A stretch of 26,348 nt of DNA from a virus (taxonomy: Duplodnaviria > Caudoviricetes): the IMG/VR virus record IMGVR_UViG_3300032312_000225, positions 1-26,348 of that record. One strand, written 5' to 3'. The translations under genes were made by a program, and so were the position numbers. Below are positions 8,332 to 15,104 of the stretch, one piece after another (within the stretch, counting starts at the first letter, position 1; the number at the start of each line of letters is the position of its first letter). The notes beneath the pieces are model-generated. The model was not told the DNA's origin and made no database searches. It saw only the letters and a program-made list of their open reading frames with translations.

Positions 8332-8719
8332 CGTGGGTCATGTGGACTGCCCACAGCAGGCAGCCAACCCCATTTTGCATAGTACTGTATGCCCATCCAC
8401 CACTGTATAAACTGTATTTTGTGGACAATGTGGACAATGCATTTGCATACAGTCCACATTGTCCACATGATGCGCGGGCCAAAATGCGCGGTGCAAAGTG
8501 TGGACACTGTGGACACGTGGACAATGCAGTTTGAATCGCTGTACCCCCATTTGCTTAATTTTTAAGCAGAGGGGTTTTTCTTTTATTCATCTCAACTATC
8601 CACAATATCCACAAACCCCGCAACCCCATGAGCAGCGCCGGATCCCGCGTGGGTCACACCATCATTTTTTCGCTATCCACCAACTATCCACATTGTCCAC
8701 TGTTACAAACTGTTACAAA
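8332..8719. repeat. Array of ~13 DnaA-box-like 9-mers (TGTGGAC/TAN) in tandem pairs/triplets on both strands; candidate replication origin or genome-end region
   Basis: GTGGAC copies on + at 8341, 8420, 8429, 8499, 8508, 8517; (G/A)TCCAC copies at 8452, 8459, 8596, 8605, 8673, 8684, 8693; perfect 16-bp inverted repeat 8420-8435/8452-8467; cgtgggtca at 8332 and 8648; ctgttacaaa x2 at 8700-8719. Confidence 0.85.
8545..8584 (+). terminator. Hairpin with T-tract inside the repeat array
   Basis: cccc-att-tgcttaa-ttt-ttaagca-ga-gggg followed by tttttctttt. Confidence 0.45.
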
Positions 8720-8737
8720 TTCTTTTGCAGATACCTT

Positions 8738-8765
8738 TTGACAGCGTAAAGAAATGCCGTACAAT
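8738..8765 (+). promoter_or_regulatory. Strong sigma70-type early promoter
   Basis: TTGACA (8738-8743), 16-nt spacer, TACAAT (8760-8765), upstream of GGAGA RBS and ATG 8798. Confidence 0.8.
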
Positions 8766-8797
8766 AGATGCGTCACCAACCAACCGGAGAGTACTGT

Positions 8798-8893
8798 ATG
8801 AAAGACAAAATTTTGGACATCATCGCCGCGTTAACGATCGCGGCCGCGTTAACTGTAGGCGCGTTGGCCTACTTCGACATTCTCACAAAATAA
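8798..8893 (+). CDS. Single-TM small protein (31 aa) MKDKILDIIAALTIAAALTVGALAYFDILTK
   Basis: Translated manually; GGAGA RBS at 8786-8790; first ORF after the promoter; ~19-residue hydrophobic core. Confidence 0.75.
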   Translation: MKDKILDIIAALTIAAALTVGALAYFDILTK

Positions 8894-8903
8894 GGGGTAT
8901 CAC

Positions 8904-9659
8904 ATGAGCAACAAATTTTTAGGCTTTATCGCATATGAGGGACCGTCCAAAATTGACGGCGCGCCTATTGTGGTGATTGTCAACAAAATTGATAGCGCCA
9001 GCGAAAATGAGAAAACCGGCGCGCTGGTGCAAACTTTTATCATTCGGTCCGACGTCGCACCAACTGACGCGCTTAAAACCGGCGCCGATGAATCGATTTG
9101 TGGGGACTGTGTGCACCGGCCGCTATTGGCCGCGGAAAACGGTGAAGCGCCGTGTTATGTCAACGTGGGCCGGTCCGTGTTATCCGTGTTTAACGCGTAC
9201 AAACGCGGCCGCTATACAAAAGCGGACCCGGCCACAATCGCGCGCGCCCTGGCGGGCAAAATTGTGCGCTTGGGCACTTATGGGGATCCGTTTGCTGCAC
9301 CGGTCCGCATGTGGACCCAAATTACACGATACGCGGCCGGGCGCCGTGGGTATACGCACCAATGGCAAAACCCGCGTTTCGACGCGGCCGCGTGGGCACC
9401 CCTAGTAATGGCATCGGCCGATAGCATCGATCAGGCCGCGCGCGCTAATCTTATGGGAATGCGGGTTTTCCGTGTGTCCGTGGGCGTCGATCGCCAGCCT
9501 GGCGAGACCATTTGTCCCGCCAGCGCGGAGGGCGGGAAAAAGTCCACTTGCGCCAAATGCACATTGTGCGCCGGTACATCAATTCAAGCGCGCGACATTG
9601 TGATCGCGGACCACGCGACCGGCCATCAAAAGCGCGTTATCCGGTTAACTAGCGCTTGA
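8904..9659 (+). CDS. Cys-rich early protein (251 aa; DUF7227/gp88-like, possible Fe-S or radical-SAM-like fold)
   Basis: AGGGG RBS; NEKTG, CGDC-x15-CY, RLGTYGDP, GYTHQW, MASADS, CPA-x8-CxxCxxC. Confidence 0.75.
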   Translation: MSNKFLGFIAYEGPSKIDGAPIVVIVNKIDSASENEKTGALVQTFIIRSDVAPTDALKTGADESICGDCVHRPLLAAENGEAPCYVNVGRSVLSVFNAYKRGRYTKADPATIARALAGKIVRLGTYGDPFAAPVRMWTQITRYAAGRRGYTHQWQNPRFDAAAWAPLVMASADSIDQAARANLMGMRVFRVSVGVDRQPGETICPASAEGGKKSTCAKCTLCAGTSIQARDIVIADHATGHQKRVIRLTSA

Positions 9660-9701
9660 TTTTCAGTATATGCGGCCGTGTGGCCGCATATGCGGACAAT
9701 C
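9658..9701 (+). other. Intergenic stem-loop with internal loop (possible RNA processing/stability element)
   Basis: atatgcggcc-gtgt-ggccgcatat 10-bp stem (9668-9691), extended by tc/ga and gatt/aatc pairs; no U-tract. Confidence 0.6.
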
Positions 9702-9723
9702 GGTCCGGTAACAGGGGCAAAAC

Positions 9724-9936
9724 ATGACTAATCAAAAGCAAATCCGCGCGGCCTTTTGGGCCGCATATCCGGCCGCAAACCGTAAACGGTATCCTTCGAC
9801 CCGATGGCATTGGGACCATAACGAAATTCAACGCGACTATTGCACCGATACCCGATGCGCGTTTGTCGATTTTGTCGACCAGCTGGCGCGCGACGGCCAA
9901 ATCAGCGAAGCGCTGGCCGCGCGCGCTACTTTATGA
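9724..9936 (+). CDS. Hypothetical early protein (70 aa)
   Basis: AGGGG RBS; ATGA overlap with the next ORF. Confidence 0.8.
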   Translation: MTNQKQIRAAFWAAYPAANRKRYPSTRWHWDHNEIQRDYCTDTRCAFVDFVDQLARDGQISEALAARATL

Positions 9937-10217
9937 TTGAATCACCAATACCGGGTTACAAGCATGACCCGCGGCCGGACCGATACCCGACGCGTGACAC
10001 ATGGCCGCGGCCGGGCACTATCGGGCACCACAAAGGGCGTCCGGTAAAGTTAATGGAAATTTATCACCAATACCGGGCCGTGTTTCAAACCGGACCCTAT
10101 TCCACAATGGCCGCAAACTTGCAAGACTTTGTTATCTGGCCATTTCCCGATGCGGCCGGACCGATACCGTGGTCATCCGCGGAAATTCGCGCCCGCATGC
10201 CCGATGCACTTCTATAA
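9933..10217 (+). CDS. Hypothetical early protein (94 aa, MIESPIPGY...)
   Basis: Start placed at ATG 9933, overlapping the upstream TGA, rather than at 9840. Confidence 0.7.
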   Translation: MIESPIPGYKHDPRPDRYPTRDTWPRPGTIGHHKGRPVKLMEIYHQYRAVFQTGPYSTMAANLQDFVIWPFPDAAGPIPWSSAEIRARMPDALL

Positions 10218-10235
10218 CCCTGAAAGGACTTCAAA

Positions 10236-10613
10236 ATGATCACAATCACGCATGGCCGCGCGTCGTTCACAATCAAGCCAGAAAACGCGCCAGGAATCCA
10301 TGATCTACTAGCCACAATTGATAAATCTAAGGGCAAGCGCGGCGCCAAGCTGCCTCGGCCAAAGGGCATTGACAAGCATAATAGCGCAAAGCGAGATTAT
10401 CCCCAATTTAACCCTGTATGCATGCTTACGTCTGATTATGTAACTGCGTACGTCGCGTTAAATCACACGCGTTTGCATTTGGCGCCGTGCGCTATTGAAC
10501 CGGCCGTAAACCGTATACCCCAGGGATTGAATCCATTGATCCCTGAAATGGTGGAAGAAATTGAAGGCGAAGTTAATTTGCGCGGGCTATTGGTTGGCCT
10601 GGGCGCATCATGA
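10236..10613 (+). CDS. Hypothetical early protein (125 aa)
   Basis: AAGGA RBS; co-directional in the early operon. Confidence 0.7.
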   Translation: MITITHGRASFTIKPENAPGIHDLLATIDKSKGKRGAKLPRPKGIDKHNSAKRDYPQFNPVCMLTSDYVTAYVALNHTRLHLAPCAIEPAVNRIPQGLNPLIPEMVEEIEGEVNLRGLLVGLGAS

Positions 10614-10666
10614 TGGCCCTCGCGGCGATAATCGCCGCGATACTTGCGGTATTGCTTAACCTATAA
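10610..10666 (+). CDS. Putative 18-aa hydrophobic peptide MMALAAIIAAILAVLLNL
   Basis: ATGA overlap with the upstream stop; ends immediately before the terminator. Confidence 0.45.
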   Translation: MMALAAIIAAILAVLLNL

Positions 10667-10692
10667 AAAACGGCCCTTACGGGCCGTTCTTA
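10665..10692. terminator. Bidirectional intrinsic terminator between early and replication operons
   Basis: aaaa-aacggccc-ttac-gggccgtt-ctt between convergent genes. Confidence 0.85.
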
Positions 10693-12978
10693 TTTCACCC
10701 TTACCAGAGGGCTTGCAGATGGTTCTTCCACCATGTCCCGCATGTCTGAGCGCGACATCTCAGCCATATCAGGCGCGACAAAAATGTGTTTCTTAGTGTC
10801 ATGACGGCGCGACTTCAATCGACCCATGTCAATCCATCCGGCCTCTTTGAGGGCATGTAACAGGGCAGGCTGCACGATCTTGACGTTACCCTGCACTGAC
10901 CCTTGTAAACGGTCACAAAGAGCGTGCCAAGGCGCACCGACTACGCCTTTAGAAAACTCACCGATACGCTGGCGCATCAAGTCAACTAAGAACGACTCCG
11001 CGCCCGACATGCCAGCCTCAACCATGATGACCTTGGCCTCGGTCATGGCGGGCGATGCGCCGGGGTTAAACGCAGACACGTCACGCTGGTGCAGCCACGC
11101 AGCCACGGCAGACTTGCCCCCTGCGTTAAGCCACGCCCACATGGCCGCGCCATCTTCATCGGTCATGCGCTTGGCATCTGACCAGATGACAAACCAACGG
11201 CGATCATCTGAGGGCAAGTTAATGGCCACACGCTCATTCGAAAACGCGATAACTTGCAAGCGGTTAACCAGGTCATACGGGGCCAAACCCTTTCGGTTAA
11301 CTGACAAGAACTCAGGCGGGGCAGCGATTAGGGGCTTGAGCGTATTCTCAAGGGAGCGCCGATCTTTAGCCTCGGACTGGCGCAACTCGTTAACCACCAT
11401 GATCTCGGCCTCAAGAGCGTAACCCCACTGTGACGTAATTTCCTCGTTACGCACAAGCGACACGTTTTTAAGCGCATCACCGCCAACGGCGTAAAAGAAC
11501 GGCGCCCACATGGTGTCCTTACCGCTGCCAGGGTTGCCACCATGCAGCACTGCGTGGTTAATCTTGCGGTTAGGGTATTGCACTTTGAACGCCATCACGT
11601 CCAGCACATGCGCGCGTTCTTTAGCGTCTGGGATCATGCGCTCGACATGCGCCAGCCACGGTTGCACGTTACCCGCCACGGGCACAGGCCGCGCATCGCG
11701 CCATCGGTTGCCGTACACGATGCCATCACGGGCGCACAAGATGGACTCGCCAGCCGCGTAGGTGACACCCTTCAAAATACGAGCGCCCTTGGCTTGGCGG
11801 TTTTCATCAAAGCAGGTTGCGGCCTCAATCTTGGGCTTCTTCACACCGTGGATGCTGTAGCAGGCGATATGACGAAAGATGGCATTAAACGATTGACGCG
11901 ACACCTCATGGCGTTCCATCAAGTCAAAAAACGCATCGTCATCTTGCAGGTACGCGAAGCGCTCGTACCAGCCGTCCTTCTCAACACGCTGCAACTCTTT
12001 ACGCTCGACCTCGGCCACGACCTCGGCAGCAGCGTCAGGGAACGCCTCAGTAGGCGTTAACTTGCTGATTGCGGCGTTCATAACTTGCTCAAGCAGTTCC
12101 TCACGCAGGCCGGGCGTGTGCTTGGGGCCGCCGTTGTCGGCCACCCACTTCAGGAACACGGACGAATCAAGCTCAAGGCAGTGCGAGTGCAGGCAGCAGT
12201 ACGCACGATTGGCAGGCAGGTAGCGGCCCTCGGGGTTGCCATCGCTGTGCTCACCACTGTTGGGGCAGATCACGCCAGCCCAGCCCTCTTGATTGGGGCG
12301 CGACAGCAGCAGGCCGTTATCGGACAGCCACACCATCACGTCATCAGTGCCATCGTCTGAGATACGGATCGGGCGGTGTACGGCTGACACATCGCCAGGC
12401 GTTACTTCAAGAGCGTTGCATATTTGCAACAGTGAGAAATCACGCTCGGGGTGGAACTCGACCAGCACAGACGCGAAGTTATCGCGGCCAGGTTTCAGGT
12501 TCACGCTGCCCGGTAAACGGAAGTTACGCACAGCGTTGATCGCGCCAGGGTCGGTGTAACCCGCATCGGCAATCGCCTTGATGGCTGCGGTGTACTCGCC
12601 CTTGGTCGGCTGTTCGTTGAAAACGTAGCCCCACTGGAACGAGCCGGGCGACGTTTCCATTTTCCACGTTGGTTCTAATGGCGGCACTTTGGCCTTTGTG
12701 CCAACGTCATCCAGCACCATGACCAGCACATACTCGCAGTTAGCGGCGCTGGCGCTGACATGGCCATCCTTGAAGCGATCAACGATGAACGAAGCCGTGT
12801 TGCCGTAGATGGACCACTCGGGCTTGATCTTGGTGGTGGGCAGCATGGCGGGCCATGTGGCCTTGATGGCCCCATCGGCGTGGTATTGCAGCTCTTTTCC
12901 GACTGGTTTTTGGCGCACCAGCAAAAAAGTTTCGCCGTCAGGTGCCAAGGCCGTCAAAAAATCTATAAAATCCGACAT
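10690..12978 (-). CDS. Primase-helicase (RepB'-like primase N-terminus, Cys/His cluster, NrS-1/DUF5906-like SF3 helicase; 762 aa)
   Basis: LVMVLDDVG, METSPGSFQW and RNFRLPG primase motifs; CP...H...CLHSHC; Walker A GNPGSGKDT, Walker B MVVNE, IAFSN, DDRRW. Start 12978 with GGAGA RBS. Confidence 0.9.
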   Translation of the reverse strand: MSDFIDFLTALAPDGETFLLVRQKPVGKELQYHADGAIKATWPAMLPTTKIKPEWSIYGNTASFIVDRFKDGHVSASAANCEYVLVMVLDDVGTKAKVPPLEPTWKMETSPGSFQWGYVFNEQPTKGEYTAAIKAIADAGYTDPGAINAVRNFRLPGSVNLKPGRDNFASVLVEFHPERDFSLLQICNALEVTPGDVSAVHRPIRISDDGTDDVMVWLSDNGLLLSRPNQEGWAGVICPNSGEHSDGNPEGRYLPANRAYCCLHSHCLELDSSVFLKWVADNGGPKHTPGLREELLEQVMNAAISKLTPTEAFPDAAAEVVAEVERKELQRVEKDGWYERFAYLQDDDAFFDLMERHEVSRQSFNAIFRHIACYSIHGVKKPKIEAATCFDENRQAKGARILKGVTYAAGESILCARDGIVYGNRWRDARPVPVAGNVQPWLAHVERMIPDAKERAHVLDVMAFKVQYPNRKINHAVLHGGNPGSGKDTMWAPFFYAVGGDALKNVSLVRNEEITSQWGYALEAEIMVVNELRQSEAKDRRSLENTLKPLIAAPPEFLSVNRKGLAPYDLVNRLQVIAFSNERVAINLPSDDRRWFVIWSDAKRMTDEDGAAMWAWLNAGGKSAVAAWLHQRDVSAFNPGASPAMTEAKVIMVEAGMSGAESFLVDLMRQRIGEFSKGVVGAPWHALCDRLQGSVQGNVKIVQPALLHALKEAGWIDMGRLKSRRHDTKKHIFVAPDMAEMSRSDMRDMVEEPSASPLVRVK

Positions 12979-13002
12979 GTGTATTTCTCCTGTTGGGACT
13001 TC

Positions 13003-13033
13003 GCCCCCGCGCCACAAACGCGGGGGCTTTTTT
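13003..13033 (+). terminator. GC-rich hairpin with T-tract oriented on the + strand (antisense to pol/primase)
   Basis: gcccccgcg-ccacaaa-cgcgggggc-tttttt. Confidence 0.65.
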
Positions 13034-14951
13034 ATGAGTAACGGGTTGTCGTCGCGCCTTCAGCAGCCAAGGGTAAACCCTCGGCCCATGCAGGCGGGTT
13101 GCACATGATTGTGTGAATATGTGCGGCAGTTGCCTCGGCCTCATGGGCCGGACACTCGACCACGATCTCGTCATGGACGTGCGCCACTACGCCGTCAAGC
13201 TGGCGCAGGGAATGGCGAAGGATGTCGTTGGCGGTGGCTTGCACGACATTCTCGCAAGCTAGGCCACGCCACAAACGGGCGCGGGGCCATTCTTTGGCAT
13301 CGGCGGCGGGTTTCCATGCTGCTTTGGTGTAGGTCACGTTGCCTTCTTCATCAAACTTGGCGTTTGGGTAGCACAGCACCCGGCCTGAGGGCAAAGCATA
13401 CCAGAGGGTCTGGCCATCAAACAAGTACACAATTCGGCCTGCTTTGAACTCATGGCCTTTGTTTCGCATGGCCCGCAGGTACGCGCCTTCTAATTGTTGG
13501 CCATGCAACTGCGCCCACGGGTTGGCCCTGCGCCAGCCATCTACAGCGCGTTTAACGTCGGCATCGGACAGTCGGATACCGTAGGCCCGCCCGAACACCT
13601 CGAACGCGCCTGCGCCGCCCAAAAAACCCAGCGCCAACTCTTGCACCTTACCTACTTGGCGCTGGTCACTCGTTACATCATCGTAAGCCACGCGAAAGGT
13701 TGCACTGGCGTTGACTTTGTACGGGTCAAGACCCGACCTGAACACATCCAGCTTTTGCTCACCGGCTGGGCAGTTGGACAGCCACGGGTGTACGCGGCCC
13801 TCGATGGCTGACCAGTCATAGGCGATCAGCACATGACCCGGCGCTGCCACGATGGCAGGGCGCAGCATCTTCTTCAGAACGTCTGTAATGCGTTTTTCGA
13901 ACCGTGGCACGATCTCATGGCCTCGAACCATTGCTGTGCGGACGGCCTCGGGGTCTTTAGCGCTTTTACGCGGGAAATTATGGATCTGAGCGCCGTACGA
14001 CGAAGCTCTCCCTGTTGCACTGCCTCCAGCAAAAACAAGGGCACCTCTAACTCGATGGTCTTCCTCGTCTGCCAAGTTTTCAAGGCGGCTGAACTTCGCA
14101 ACCGACGACGCCCAAAGGTCATCGGCGCACTGTATAACTTCGGCCACATCGGGCGGTACTTCATCGGGGTTCTCCATTGCAAGCAGGTTTGCCCGCACTG
14201 ATTTGTCAATCGAATATTTCTCGCCGTTCCACATCAGCTTCTTGGCCTCTGGCCCGACACGTTCCAGCACCCACTCGCGCATCTTAGGCGAGCGCACGCT
14301 GGTGATCTGGCCTTCGGTCACCTCGGCGACGATCTGCTGAATTTCTACGGTTTCGTCGCCTGCGTAGCGCACAGCGGCTTGGCACAGCGGCACGTCCACC
14401 AACAGGCCACGGTCGTTGATGCGCTCATTGACGTGGTAGTCGGCCAACTCGTCCGCAGACAGCGGACGCATGGCCGTGCTAATGGCACGCATAGCACGGA
14501 CGTCCTGTTCGCAGTAAGCGATCATCTCGGCCATCAGGTCGGAGTCGTTACGGAACGGCGGCACGCACATCAAGCGGATCAGTTGAGCGCCTCGGTGGTC
14601 TTTCTTCATGGCTGCACCACTGAAGCGCCCCACGTCCTCAAGGCTGCCAGGCGCACAGTTGGCGCGGGCTTGTGTTGCAGTGCAGTAGAACTGTTCCAGC
14701 TTGTAGTTTATTTGCAACACATACCAAAAGATCAGGCGCTCAAACGCAGCGTTATGGGCGTAGATCAGTCCGGTATGATTGCGTACAGCGGCTGGGAATT
14801 CCTGAGAGGGAACCCATGTCCGCACTTCTTCGTCATCGAAGGCGTACGACATGCACAGCACTTCGGTACTGGCATCTTGCGCGTAGTTGTACACGCCTTT
14901 CGCCTTGAGATCGCACACGCTGCGCGTCTCAAAATCAACCCATAAAATCAT
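13032..14951 (-). CDS. DNA polymerase, family A (APSE-like; 639 aa)
   Basis: Exonuclease motifs VDFET, AHNAAFE, YCEQDV; TGRASS; motif A AYDWSAIEGR; motif B RQVGKVQELALGF; motif C HVHDEIV. Confidence 0.95.
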   Translation of the reverse strand: MILWVDFETRSVCDLKAKGVYNYAQDASTEVLCMSYAFDDEEVRTWVPSQEFPAAVRNHTGLIYAHNAAFERLIFWYVLQINYKLEQFYCTATQARANCAPGSLEDVGRFSGAAMKKDHRGAQLIRLMCVPPFRNDSDLMAEMIAYCEQDVRAMRAISTAMRPLSADELADYHVNERINDRGLLVDVPLCQAAVRYAGDETVEIQQIVAEVTEGQITSVRSPKMREWVLERVGPEAKKLMWNGEKYSIDKSVRANLLAMENPDEVPPDVAEVIQCADDLWASSVAKFSRLENLADEEDHRVRGALVFAGGSATGRASSYGAQIHNFPRKSAKDPEAVRTAMVRGHEIVPRFEKRITDVLKKMLRPAIVAAPGHVLIAYDWSAIEGRVHPWLSNCPAGEQKLDVFRSGLDPYKVNASATFRVAYDDVTSDQRQVGKVQELALGFLGGAGAFEVFGRAYGIRLSDADVKRAVDGWRRANPWAQLHGQQLEGAYLRAMRNKGHEFKAGRIVYLFDGQTLWYALPSGRVLCYPNAKFDEEGNVTYTKAAWKPAADAKEWPRARLWRGLACENVVQATANDILRHSLRQLDGVVAHVHDEIVVECPAHEAEATAAHIHTIMCNPPAWAEGLPLAAEGATTTRYS

Positions 14952-14972
14952 ACTGTACTTTACTGTATAGGT

Positions 14973-15096
14973 GGGGGCTTCGATTTGGTCGTTATGTTCA
15001 AAAATTAGCGTTTTGTGAACACATCATCTTGAACGTGTACGAGAAAGCCAGAAAACCGTACACATAACATCCTCGAACGCTGGCTTAACAGCCCCC
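14973..15096 (-). ncRNA. Candidate structured RNA: multi-stem with three-way junction and 7-bp pseudoknot, in the 5' region of the polymerase gene
   Basis: Five nested helices plus a pseudoknot are readable directly (see findings); a G-U pair forms only on the minus strand. Confidence 0.7.
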
Positions 15097-15104
15097 GATT
15101 TCAC

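Noticed and set aside
8332-8719. Possible CRISPR or mini-array, given a Cas4-like gene in the window
   Set aside because: Repeats are 9 bp, in both orientations and irregularly spaced; DUF2800 is a standard phage replication-module nuclease; no other cas genes.
8300-8749. Several 60-83 aa ORFs with CPQCPH/CGQCG or WTMWT repeats that look like zinc fingers
   Set aside because: The patterns are translations of the 9-bp DNA repeat in different frames; no RBS; the region reads as regulatory.
8725-8907. 60-aa + ORF upstream of the Cys-rich gene
   Set aside because: It starts upstream of and spans the promoter; the 31-aa ORF at 8798 has the RBS.
12979-13017. Longer primase start at 13017
   Set aside because: It lies inside the hairpin; ATG 12978 has a good GGAGA RBS.
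14973-15096. tRNA, intrinsic terminator, or known hammerhead/twister/hairpin ribozyme
   Set aside because: No cloverleaf or CCA despite a GUUCGA string, no U-tract, and I could not find the conserved catalytic cores by eye; kept as an unassigned structured RNA.
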